In this document: piece by piece, positions 52,084-64,000 of the stretch | Layout of the letters: each line of letters begins with the position of its first letter | Numbering within the stretch: position 1 is the first letter of the stretch | Source of the DNA: Octopus sinensis | Taxonomy: Eukaryota | Direction of reading: 5' to 3' | DNA length: 64,000 bases | NCBI RefSeq assembly: GCF_006345805.1 | Contig: NC_043013.1 | Coordinates: 46,748,001-46,812,000 of the forward strand | Notes under the pieces: model-generated | Told to the model about the DNA's origin: nothing | The model's input: the letters and a program-made list of their open reading frames with translations, nothing else | The model's database searches: none | Translations under genes and position numbers: made by a program

Positions 52084-52220
52084 CATGTATGTATGTATGT
52101 ATATGTACATATACATATGTCTGTGTGCGTGCGTGTAGTTAGATCGACAGATAATTAGTCGGTTACATATATGTAGCTTCTTCCCACACACACACGCATA
52201 TACATCCATATGTACATATA

Positions 52221-52270
<50 letters not shown>

Positions 52271-53314
52271 GTGTGTGTGTGTGTGTGTGTGTGTGTATAT
52301 TTAGATAGAAGGTGGGTGAAGTGAATGCGAGGAGGGAGAGTAATAGAATGGAACACACACATACCAAAAAAAGAAACAAAATGACAACCTAACGAGCTGA
52401 AAGCTCGTTAGGGGCTGCAAACAGAATGATAAATTATCGACACGGATTGTCTGTACGCTGTTGTTGTTAGCAGGTGTAAAAAGAGACAGAGTGGTATGAT
52501 GATGCTGATGAGGATGATGATGAGGATGATGAGGTCGGTGTGAGGCGAGCGAGAGAGGAAGACAGACAACGGAGGGTAGAGTGGGAAGAGATATGTGGAT
52601 CAATAACCAGAAAGAAGGAAAGAAGGGAAAAAAAATTACAGAGTAACAGTGACAACAACACAAAAAATATAACATAAAATAAAGAAAAAAAAAACGGACA
52701 CAAAAAAATTGTCCAAGCAAACATTAGCAACAACAACAACAACAACAAGAAGAGAGGCGACAACAACAACGGCAACAAATACTGTTAGAGAAGGCAGCTG
52801 AGCAATCAACAACCATTATTTCAGACCAACATCTGTGTCTTTTTTGGTATCTTTTTTGCTGTATTTATTATATATTTTTTTCGGAATCCTTATTGTTTGT
52901 TTTTTTTTGTTGCATTTTTCTTTTTACTTTATTACTTTTCGGTTCTCATTTGCTGTCATCTTTTTTGTTCTTGTCGCTGTCGTAGGCGTCGTTGTTGTTG
53001 TTGTTGTTGTTGTTGTCGAAGGTGCTGGTGTGTGTGTGTGTTTGTGTGGTGTACGGTAAATTTGCGCTTTGTTTAATGAATCTAATAAAAGTACTAATTG
53101 TTGAAATCAGGTAATAAAGTACTAATTACATACCTTTGTATCTTTGACACAATAACAAAAAAAAAATGTAAAAAAAAAATGAATAACGAAAAATAAATAT
53201 AAAAAATCCAAAATGGCTTCCTTTATTTAAAAAAGCAACAAAAAATAAACCTCTTTCTGACTGGAAGTAAAAAATTGTTTAGAACTGACAATCATTAATC
53301 TGAATTTGTTACGA

Positions 53315-53360
<46 letters not shown>

Positions 53361-54135
53361 GTATATGTATACACACATATATGTATGTATGTATGTATGT
53401 AAGTATGTATGTATGTATGTATGTATGCATGTATGTATGTATATATGCACATGTATACATATATGTATGCATGTGTATCTGTATGTATATGTATGCATGT
53501 ATACACCTATATGAACGGATATATATGTCTGTGTGAAAATATGCACATGTAGAGGCATGTATGTGTACACATGATGTATGTTTTTGTGCATGTCTCTGAA
53601 TGTATACACAGCATAGGTGTGGGTGTTCTCTGTACTCAAGAACTACATTTCGTCACTCGTAGTTCTGAGTTCTATCCTGTTGTGATGCATCTTGATTAAT
53701 AGTGATCTTGTTGCCCTAAAGTCGTCTCAATCTTTATGAGTAAAATTTGGTACATAAAAACTGTCAGCGATTGCTTTGATTGTGTTGCATCAGCAATTTT
53801 AAAAGCTCTGTCACAATGATATGTTGCAATATTTCAAAACCTTACAGTAAATTCAATGTTTTCTACTAAACTTACTAATTGCTCGGTTCTCCAATACTTT
53901 TGTAAGTTTGAAGGTAACTGAGGGCAGAGTATACCCAAAATATATCTGGAATTAGTACGTTTAAATATTTGTTGTACAAGATTTTTTATGTGAAGTCGTG
54001 TGTTGAAACAGATATTGTTATATTTCGGAATGGTCATATTGCCAGTTTAGCCAATAAAAACACACGCACTATATATTTGGTGTTACTTTGCTTCAGTGTT
54101 ATTTATTTTTTACATTAATCTTAATCATATTTCGG

Positions 54136-54175
54136 CCAGAGTTCTTTCGTCACACTCCTGTGACCGCATCAGTGG
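54136..54175 (-). ncRNA. Minimal hammerhead-like motif with a mutated core
   Basis: CCA-CTGATGCG-GTCAC AGGAGT GTGAC-GAAA-GAAC-TC-TGG: stem I CCA/TGG, stem II 5 bp, A9 replaced by C. Confidence 0.45.
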
Positions 54176-55414
54176 TTCTTTGTTTTCTTCTTACTTATTT
54201 GTGTCTCTCCTTACTAACCGTCAGCCATTTTGTATTTTCTGGAATATTTTGTATATCTGGAATTGTTTTCGGTACTTATCAGAAAAATGAAAATATTATC
54301 CACCATTGTCTGATGTGACGTTTTTCTTGCCGCCGTTGCATTTTCGGTTAGCTTTTTCATAACCTCTGTTATGACTATATTGATATTAATTGACCCACTG
54401 TTTCAGAATTCTTTCACATTTAAAAGCGCTGAAGAAAATTTGCAGAATAACCTCGTTGCGTATTTGCTGGAGGTTTGCCTTTAAAGATTGTGTTGTTGCA
54501 ATATTTCTTAGTATAGCAAAAACACGGAGCTTCTTTTGTAGGCGTACTAGGATTTTGAAATGCTGTTACCGTGTTTAACTGCTCTCACTCTTTATCTTAG
54601 TAACTTTACTTTGATTTAAATCAGCCTCTATTGGAAAACAGATATCAACTTGGTTACATTGAAAACTAATCACAATTGTTTCTAACGCATCTCATATCAT
54701 GTAAAAGAAATGATCTTTTGGAGAAAGGGCCATAACGAATTCAGTAAACAGTTTTCTAAGCCGTGTATTCTTTAGGTTACGTTGCGGTTTTCCTTTGTTT
54801 TCGTAAGTGACTAATACTTAACCTCTTATGCATTGGATCACTGGAGAACGCAACTGCTCAGATGACAAGAGATATTCTTAACTGTCCCTACCTACCCAAC
54901 ACATTGTGTGCGATGAAACTACAGAAATGGCGATTTTTCACCACACAAACGTACATGAACCTCTGCCGTCACAACGAAAGTAGCGCTGTCCACGTTTGGT
55001 TTGAAGAAATTCAAGTTCTGACTCGCACTGGATTTAGATGTCAAAGAGAAAGAGCAGCACCGGATGGCTAACATTTCTCACGTGTACTTATCTTCTTCAA
55101 CCAATGGTAAGTGGCTGGAATGATTAGATATTATCTAGGGAGACTAGCATATTGCTCAGAAGGCATTGATATTCCTGGTAAAACAATGTGTGCAATCAAG
55201 TTCCATTTATTAATGATTATTAAGCAAAACATTTGAAATGTTTTACGAAATTTTGTGTTTGGATGATCGAGAGGTTATCTTCTGAATTCCGCGAGTTCTT
55301 CTATGAGAAGCGGCTGCTAATGCCTTGCTCTCTATTTTTTTCTTTAAAGAGTGGGACTATGTATGTCGTGTCTCACAAGCCTTCCCACTGTGAAATGTAG
55401 TAGATTGTTTGTGT

Positions 55415-55458
<44 letters not shown>

Positions 55459-55730
55459 GAAGAGAAAGAGAGAGGTAGAGTGCGACAATGTGAGGAGTGT
55501 ATAAACTGACGCTTCAAACGAAACACTCACGGGTACATGTTCACAAGATACTTTAACGGTTGGCTATACAATTTATTTAAGATATTGTTGACTTTCGTTC
55601 TAAGTACTTTAGAATACTGACCAAATTGAAACAAATCTTTTGTTTCATTTTCGTTCATTAACATTTTGGTTATTATTAAGGGAAGTGTTTCTCTAATTGT
55701 TTAACATGGTGCATATTACTTAGAAATATT

Positions 55731-56141
55731 AGTTTCAAATTTTGACACGTGGCCAGCAATTTCGTGGAAGGAAGTAAGTCGATTACAACGATCCCCAGTG
55801 TTCAACTGGTATTTATTTTATCAACCCCGAAAAAATGAAAAGCAAAGTCGATCTCGGCGGAATTTGAACTCGTTAAGATCTGACGAAATACTGCTAAGCA
55901 TGTTGCCCGGTGTACTAACTGTTCAGTCAATTCACCGCCTTTATTATAGGCCTTTCTTCTATAGGCACAAGGCCTGAATTTTGAAGGGGAGTTCCCAACT
56001 GGTACTTATTTTGTCGACCCCGAAAGGGATGAAAGGCAAAGTCGAACTCGGTGGCATTTGAACACAAAAAGTAAAATCGGACGAAATGCCGATTAGCATT
56101 TTTGTACGGCCTGCTAACGATTCTGTCAGCTCGCTGCCGTA
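55731..56141 (-). mobile_element. SINE-B X-Y dimer
   Basis: X monomer 55942-56141 directly followed on the minus strand by Y monomer 55731-55941. Confidence 0.75.
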
Positions 56142-56321
56142 ACAAGAAATATTGACAATATACTTTTTCTTCTATATGTCTGAGTAAAAGAAATACTTGG
56201 TAGGTCCGTAGTGGTAAAATACAGCATACGTAGAGATATGTTTAATACTAACTAGACTCAGCATGGGTTATAACAGTTATTACAATTTCCATTCGTTTTA
56301 TGTTTAACTTATTTGTTACAT

Positions 56322-56537
56322 CTCTCTTTTACTCTTTTACTTGTTTCAGTCATTTGACTGTAGCCATGCTGGAGCACCGCCTTTAGTCAAGCAAATCGAC
56401 CCCAGGGCTTATTCTTTGCAAGCCTAGTACTTATTCTATCGGTCACTTTTGCCGAACCACTAGGTTACGAAGACATAAACACACCAGCATCGGTTGTCAA
56501 GCGATGTTGGTGGGGGGAGGGGCAAACACAGACACAT

Positions 56538-56602
<65 letters not shown>

Positions 56603-56767
56603 CGACGGGCTTCTTTCAGTTTCCATCTACCAAATACACTCACAAGGCTTTGGTCGGCCCGAGACTATAGTAGAAGACACTTGCCCAAGGTGCCACGCAG
56701 TGGGACTGAACCCGGAACCATGAGGTTCGTAAGCAAGCTACTTACCACACAACCCCTCCTCCGCCTT
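56322..56767 (-). mobile_element. SINE family A, full length
   Basis: Family A head, central (CA)n(TA)n and 3' end. Confidence 0.88.
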
Positions 56768-56769
56768 CA

Positions 56770-57445
56770 CATCATTCACATGTCTTTAATAGATCAGTAT
56801 TGTGTCTCGTAGCCTCAATATGCTATTGTTGCATCACTGAATATGTTTAATGTACCACCGTTATGTTGCTCCGGTGTCTTTAAAATATCACTGTTGTGTC
56901 TTTTAGGTCGCTCTAATATAATACTATCGAATAACATTGGAGTAATAAAAGTTTTACTAATAATAATAATATTGTTTTGGTGTGTCTAATGTACGATTGC
57001 ACCCCTCTAATGAGTTTCATATTGCAATGTCATTCAGGTGTGTTAAATATATCAGTGCTACATACGTCTGGTGTCTTTAATATACCACAAATAATTTAGT
57101 TATCTTGGTACGTTTAAAATCACATGTCTGTCGTTTATCACTTAACCAAGGTGTTTGTAAGTGTTTATTAATTATTAAAAAATTGTGACGTTTATGTGTG
57201 TTTGAGTCATTACAGGTAGGTTGTTTGCTTATGATTAATATCACAGATCTTACGTTTGTCCTATCTCAATTACAACGTTTCATATGTTACACCTGAGATG
57301 TCATACTGAAGTATGTTTGAAACTTCACAGCTAATTATATCGTCCAGGTGTATTTAATATAACACTGCTAATTAAGTCATCCAGTTGTATTAAATATAAA
57401 ACTGCTAATTACGTCGTTCAGGTGTATTTAATATATAAAACAGTT
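56770..57445. repeat. Decayed ~37-bp minisatellite
   Basis: Best units near 57326-57440, e.g. ACTGCTAATTACGTCGTTCAGGTGTATTTAATATA; progressively more degenerate leftwards. Confidence 0.55.
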
Positions 57446-57826
57446 GTGAAATACTCAACTAGAGCTACTTTTCGAAGTTGATGCCAATCACTTTTGTTCA
57501 GGTACTCTCAGTCAAACATAGCAGTCATTGAGATTGCTTTTAGATAACAGAATGTTGTACGATGTACGTAGAACTGTCATACGTCTGCTTAAATATGCAT
57601 GCAAATATAATTACACTCTCTCACACTCATATATGTATATGAATATGTGTGTGTGTATATATGTATATATATTCATATATACATACCATACATAATACAT
57701 ACATACACACATATACATGCATACATGCATACATACATACATGCATACTTACATACATACATACATACATACCATACATACACACATACATATGCATACA
57801 TACATACATACGTACATATACATACA

Positions 57827-57860
<34 letters not shown>

Positions 57861-58419
57861 TTCATGCATATATACATATATATATACATGCATACTTACA
57901 TACATGCTAACTTACATACATACTTACATACATACATATATACATACATACATACATAATACATACATACATACATACATGCATACATACATGCATACAT
58001 ACATACATACATACATACATACATACATGCATACATACATGCATACATACAAACATGTTAATGGTAAGGACGTGTTCCAAGACGCACCTGATTTAATAAT
58101 TGTAAAGAAATACAGAAATACAGATCGCAAAAGAAGACAGAATTCAGCTGCCTTTCTCTGTCCTACTTTTGTTTCCGACGCCAATTAAGGTGTTTCTTTT
58201 AAAGCACACGAATTCCCTAAAGAGCTCGCTCCTTGGGAAAGTTAAGTGTCACATCATTCAGTTTCAGCAGTGTTTTTGACACACCAGTTGATGTTGATGA
58301 TAATGATGATGATGATGATGGTGATGAGGATAATGATAATGATTTTATTTTCGTTTATTTATAATAACAATGATGATTATTTTCAGCAATTAAATTGCGG
58401 CCATGTTGGGGCATCAGTT
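57248..58419 (+). repeat. Left arm of a large inverted duplication
   Basis: Reverse complement of 60238-61523; 3 substitutions seen in the unique part plus microsatellite length differences. Confidence 0.95.
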
Positions 58420-59114
58420 AGCACGCCGGGCGAAATGCGTAGCCGTATTTCGTCTGCCGTTACGTTCTGAGTTCAAATTTCGCCGAGGTCGACTTTGCTT
58501 TTCATCCTTTTAGGGTCGATTAAATAAGTACCAGTTACGCACTGGGGTCGATATAATCGACTGAGTCCCTTTGTCTGTCCTTGTTCGTCCCCTCTGTGTT
58601 TAGCCCCTTGTTGGTAGTAAAGAAATAGGTATTTCGACTGCTACTACGTTCTGAGTTTAAATTCCGCCTTTCGTCCTTTCGGGGTCAATAAATTAAGTAC
58701 CTGGTGTCGATGTAATCGACTAGTCCCCACCCCGAAAATTTCAGATCTTGTGTCTATAGTAAGAAGGATTATTATTATTATTATTATCATTATGAAGGCG
58801 GCGAGCTAGCAGAATTGTTACTGCGCCAGGCAAAATGCTTAGCGGTATTTCATCCATCTTTACGTTCTGAAGTCGACTTTGCATTTCATCCTTTCAGGGT
58901 TAATAAATTAAGTACCAGTGAAACACTGGAGTCAATATATATACTCAACTAGTCTCCTCTCTCAAAATTTAAGGCCTTTTGCCTTTAATAAAAAGGATTA
59001 TTATCATTATTATTATTGTTATTATTATTGTTATTGATGTTGTTGTTATTATTATTATTACTATTATTATTATTATTATTATTATTATCATTATTATTAT
59101 TATCATCATCATCA

Positions 59115-59176
<62 letters not shown>

Positions 59177-59271
59177 GTTATCATTATTATTATTGTTATT
59201 ATTATTATTATTATTATTACTATTAATATCATTATTATTATTGTTATTATTATTATTATTATTAATATTAA

Positions 59272-59334
<63 letters not shown>

Positions 59335-59742
59335 CATTATTATTTAAGGTCGGCTGGCAGACTCGTTAGAACGTCGGACAAGATGCTTAGCTGCATTTAT
59401 TTCGCCGAGGTTAATTTTGCCTTTCGTCCTTTCCGGATCGATAAGAAAAAGTACCAGTTGAGTACCGAGTGTAGCGTAGTCCACCACCCCTCCCCATCAA
59501 ATTTCAGGCCTTATGTCTCCTGCCGAAAGAATTATCATTATTATGAAGGTAGCACGCTGACAGAATCTGCGGCATTTTTCTTCACGTTTTACATTCTGTA
59601 TTCAAATTCTATAGAAATTAGCATTTCATCATTTCGGGGTGGATAACATAAAATACCAGTTGACTATGGGGTACGATGTAACAGACTAACCCCACCCCCA
59701 CCACTCAAAATTGATGGCATTGTACCAAAATTTGAAACAATC
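58420..59742 (+). mobile_element. Head-to-tail SINE-B array: B1 (5' cut), X, X, (ATT)n, X, Y
   Basis: Monomers at ~58420-58625, 58625-58770, 58795-59000, 59346-59540 and 59545-59742; (ATT)n at 58997-59343. Confidence 0.8.
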
Positions 59743-59760
59743 ACTTTTTTCTCATCATCA

Positions 59761-59939
59761 GCGCAGGCGTGGATGTGTAGTAAGAAGCTTTCTTCCCAAA
59801 CACATGGTTCCGGGTTCAGTCCCACTGCGTGCCATCTTGGGCATGTGTCTTCTCTTCTACTATAACCTTGTGAGCGGATTTAGTGGACGGAAACTGAAAG
59901 AAGCCCATCATATATATATATATATGTATGCATATATAT

Positions 59940-60011
<72 letters not shown>

Positions 60012-60280
60012 TGAATATATATATATGTATATATGTATATATATATATATATCAATGTGTGTGTGTGTGCCTTTTTGTTAGTGTTTGTCCCCACCACTGT
60101 TTGACAATCGGAGTTGATGTGTTTACATAGCTGTAACTTAGCGGTTCGACAAAGAAACCGATAGAGTAAGTGCAGGCTTAAATAAAAAGAAAAAAAAATC
60201 AGTACTGAGGTTGATTCATTCGACTATACATTCTTCAAACTGATGCCCCAACATGGCCGCAATTTAATTGCTGAAAATAA
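59761..60280 (+). mobile_element. SINE family A with expanded central (TA)n
   Basis: GCGCAGGCGTGG head, GGTTCAGTCCC box B; its 3' end is contiguous with the right duplication arm. Confidence 0.85.
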
Positions 60281-60792
60281 TCATCATTGTTATTATAAAT
60301 AAACGAAAATAAAATCATTATCATTATCCTCATCACCATCATCATCATCATCATTATCATCATTATCATCAACATCAACTGGTGTGTCAAAAACGCTGCT
60401 GAAACTGAATGATGTGACACTTAACTTTCCCAAGGAGCGAGCTCTTTAGGGAATTCGTGTGCTTTAAAAGAAACATCTTAATTGGCGTCGGAAACAAAAG
60501 TAGGACAGAGAAAGGCAGCTGAATTCTGTCTTCTTTTGCGATCTGTATTTCTGTATTTCTTTACAATTATTAAATCAGGTGCGTCTTGGAACACGTCCTT
60601 ACCATTAACATGTTTGTATGTATGCATGTATGTATGCATGTATGTATGCATGTATGTATGCATGTATGTATGTATGTATGTATGTATGTATGTATGTATG
60701 TATGTATTATGTATGTATGTATGTATATATGTATGTATGTATATATGTATGTATGTAAGTATGTATGTAAGTTAGCATGTATGTAAGTATGC

Positions 60793-60838
<46 letters not shown>

Positions 60839-60875
60839 GCATGAATATATATATATATATGTATATATGCATGAA

Positions 60876-60909
<34 letters not shown>

Positions 60910-61523
60910 TGTATGTATATGTACGTATGTATGTATGTATGCATATGTATGTGTGTATGTATGGTATGTATGTATGTATGTATGTATGTGTGTGTATGTG
61001 TGTATGTATGCATGTATGTATGTATGCATGTATGCATGTATATGTGTGTATGTATGTATTATGTATGGTATGTATATATGTATGGTATGTATATATGAAT
61101 ATATATACATATATACACACACACATATTCATATACATATATGAGTGTGAGAGAGTGTAATTATATTTGCATGCATATTTAAGCGGACGTATGACAGTTC
61201 TACGTACATCGTACAACATTCTGTTATCTAAAAGCAATCTCAATGACTGCTATGTTTGACTGAGAGTACCTGAACAAAAGTGATTGGCATCAACTTCGAA
61301 AAGTAGCTCTAGTTGAGTATTTCACAACTGTTTTATATATTAAATACACCTGAACGACGTAATTAGCAGTTTTATATTTAATACAACTGGATGACTTAAT
61401 TAGCAGTGTTATATTAAATACACCTGGACGATATAATTAGCTGTGAAGTTTCAAACATACTTCAGTATGACATCTCAGGTGTAACATATGAAACGTTGTA
61501 ATTGAGATAGGACAAACGTAAGA
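60238..61523 (-). repeat. Right arm of the inverted duplication
   Basis: See 57248-58419. Confidence 0.95.
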
Positions 61524-61857
61524 AATCCTCATTTGTGAGGTTGTACAATTGTTCCTCACTTCGGCTTCCGTGAAGATTCTGACATCTATCGTGCTAAATT
61601 GTTTTCTATAGAAGATATATACTTTTTGCTCTCAGACAGGTTTTAGGCATCTTTCTACCTGTGTGCCCGTGTTAGCATTTCAGCATTGCATGTTTTTATA
61701 GTTATGCATCGATAGGTTACCATAACGTGCATCCACTTCTTTTTTCCTGTTTTTTTTTCTATGTCTTCTTTTTTTTCTTATGTTTTTAATTTTTATTTTT
61801 GCTCTCTTCTGGAATGTCCTGCAAAAAAAAAAAACCCTTCTTTCTTACAAATCTTAC

Positions 61858-62421
61858 AACGTTGTAATCTTCTTGTATTTCTTGCCGACAGATTTTAGGT
61901 TTGATGCACTTGTTGTTGTTGTTGTTGTTGTTGCAGTTGCTTTGCTATAAACCTTGTTGATATTTTGATCGTTGATGTAACAGGCTGCCACTGAAGAAGC
62001 GATGTTGTTAATGTAGGTGGTAGTGGTAGTGGCGCCGGTGGTGGTGGTGGTGTTTGTTTGTGGTGGTGTTGGTGTTGGTGTTGGTGGTGGTATTGGTGGT
62101 GTTGGTGGTTGTGGTGGTGATGGTGGTAGTGGTGGTGGTGGTGGTGGTAGTGGTGTTTGTTTGTGGTGGTGTTGGTGTTGGTGGTGGTATTGGTGGTGTT
62201 GGTGGTTGTGGTGGTGATGGTGGTAGTGGTGGTGGTGGTGGTGGTGGTGGTGGTGGTGTTTGTTTGTGGTGGTGTTGGTGTTGGTGGTGGTATTGGTGGT
62301 GTTGGTGGTTGTGGTGGTGATGGTGGTAGTGGTGGTGCTGGTGGTGGTAGTGGTAGTGGTGGTGGTGGTGGAGTTTTTACTGTTTGCTGAATTGCTGGGG
62401 CACATATTTTCTCTTCTATTT
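61858..62421 (-). CDS. Candidate Thr/His/Pro-rich exon containing a 3 x 103-bp higher-order (CCA)n repeat
   Basis: Acceptor ttttccgtttctcttaatctcaaatag| and donor TT|GTAAGA; 564 nt (a multiple of 3), open; however the sequence is low-complexity and the flanks are triplet-rich. Confidence 0.3.
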
Positions 62422-62494
62422 CTATTTGAGATTAAGAGAAACGGAAAATTTTCTACATCGTAAATAAATGCAAGCAATTTAGTTGTCGTAGTTG

Positions 62495-62865
62495 TTGTTG
62501 GTGGTGAGCGTAGCGGTCTTCGTCCCAGAGTGGGAGAAGTCCGAAACGTGGTCCTTTGCTATTCGTAAGACCCGCAGAAGAGAATGCAGGTTAACCCCCG
62601 ACACCGACAGCATCGACGGATAGATGAATACGCGTCCAGGCTCAGCGGTTGCGTAGGAAGTCGGGGACAAGAAACAGGAAGAAAGAGTGAGAGAAAGTTG
62701 GAGCGAAAGAGTACAAAAGAGGTTGCCACCACCCTCTGCCGGAGCCTCGTAGAGCTTTAGGTGTTTTTGCTCAATAAACACATATAACGCCCGGTCTGGG
62801 AGTCGAAACCACGATCCTCAGACCGCGAGTCCTTTGCCCTAACCATTGGGCCATTGCGCCTCCAC
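62495..62865 (-). mobile_element. tRNA-Arg-derived SINE with the family C head and a different 3' half
   Basis: First ~195 nt align with 23451-23645; the rest is unrelated and ends in (CAA)n. Confidence 0.85.
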
Positions 62866-63074
62866 TGTTGTTGATGATGGTGATGGTTGTGGTAATAACA
62901 TTGATTGCATTATCATTGACTCTGTTGTTGTTATCACTCTGTCTTTTATTAATTTTGTTGTTGTCCTCAGGTCGTTGCAGTCGTAGCCACCCATTTGCAT
63001 CCTAACATTTTGTGATGTAACGGAATCACCACAAAATTTAGACTTTTACTGAAATTTCTCTGTTTGTCTGTTTC

Positions 63075-63118
<44 letters not shown>

Positions 63119-63285
63119 TCTCTCTCTCTTCCCCTCTCTTACATCAAACAACTTTTTCTACTTTCACCCCCTGCCATTACTGTGGTCGTCCATCTCGACT
63201 ACCTTTGCTAGTCAAATCTTTATACTAGTTGAAATTTTAAAGGAAAAAAATTACCAGTTTCCAAAGATCAAGTATTGCAACGGTT

Positions 63286-63649
63286 TATAGGCGCAGGTGT
63301 AGCTGTGAGGTAAGGAAAGGCAAAGGCGTGGCTGTGTAGTAAGAAGTTTGCTCCCAAACCACATTGTTCTGGTTTCAATCCGTCTGCGTGGCACCTTTGG
63401 CAAGTGTCTTCTACTACAATACTACTTTTGGCCCCAAAAAGCCTTGTGAGTGGAATTGGGAAACGGAAACTGAAAGAAGACTGGCGGATATATTTATATA
63501 TATATGTAATATATACTACTAATATAGGACGAAGATTTTTACAGAAAAATATTCATCAAAACATGTGGCAGCATATTAAAATAGCTTTAAGGTTAAAATT
63601 ATAAACAACATATGTTATTTATGTATATATATTTGATTTCAGAACGTAA

Positions 63650-63687
<38 letters not shown>

Positions 63688-63915
63688 ATGTGTGTGCGCG
63701 CGCGCGTGTGTGTGTGTTTATCCCCATCACCTCCTGACAATTGGTGTTGGTGTGTTTACGTTCCTGTAAGTTAGTGGTTCGGCAAAAATAACCGATAGAA
63801 TAAATACCAGGCTTAAAAAGTAAGCATTGTGCTCGATTTGTTTGACTAAAATTCGTCAAGGTGGCGCTCCAGCTTGGTTGCAGTCTAATGACCGAAACAA
63901 GTGAAAGGTAAAAGA
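63286..63915 (+). mobile_element. SINE family A with a duplicated head and expanded centre
   Basis: Head motifs at 63286-63350; 3' half at 63715-63915. Confidence 0.75.
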
Positions 63916-64000
63916 TAACAATAATTTCCCAACTTGAGAAAATTTTTATCAAAAAAACAAACTCACGAAATATTATCATGTTCAATTCTGTTTTCTATTA

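Noticed and set aside
54772-55110. Two small plus-strand ag|...|gtaagt units (GYVAVFLCF; DVKEKEQHRMANISHVYLSSSTN)
   Set aside because: Too short to distinguish from chance splice-site matches without transcript data
58420-59742. CRISPR-like or regularly spaced repeat array
   Set aside because: The repeats are ~200-bp SINE monomers with microsatellite linkers, in eukaryotic context with no cas genes

Overview
AT-rich eukaryotic genomic DNA, about 20-25% microsatellite ((TA)n, (TACA)n, (TATC)n, (ATT)n, (CA)n). The interspersed repeats are ones I recognise from Octopus (coleoid cephalopod) genomes; this is an inference and was not database-checked. No complete gene, rRNA, true tRNA or CRISPR array is present, and nearly all long ORFs in the track are microsatellite translations. 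The window is mainly mobile DNA: three tRNA-derived SINE families (A, B and an OR-like family C), an unclassified short repeat (D), Penelope-like terminal repeats, LINE remnants (RTE, Hero, R4/Dong, an APE-type relic), mariner and maT/Tc1 remnants, three non-autonomous Helitrons, a MITE with (CCCTAA)n and a Gypsy LTR with its PBS. The best host-gene signal is a phase-compatible exon pair on the minus strand (12384-12176, 12036-11850) encoding a protein I cannot name; other candidate exons are weaker. The most interesting observations are several hammerhead-ribozyme folds in Penelope-like repeats (the best at 34964-35020), a ~3.1-kb inversion that left a 1.2-kb inverted duplication (57248-61523), multimeric SINE-B arrays (Xn-Y) joined by (ATT)n, and R4/Dong elements sitting in (TACA)n tracts.
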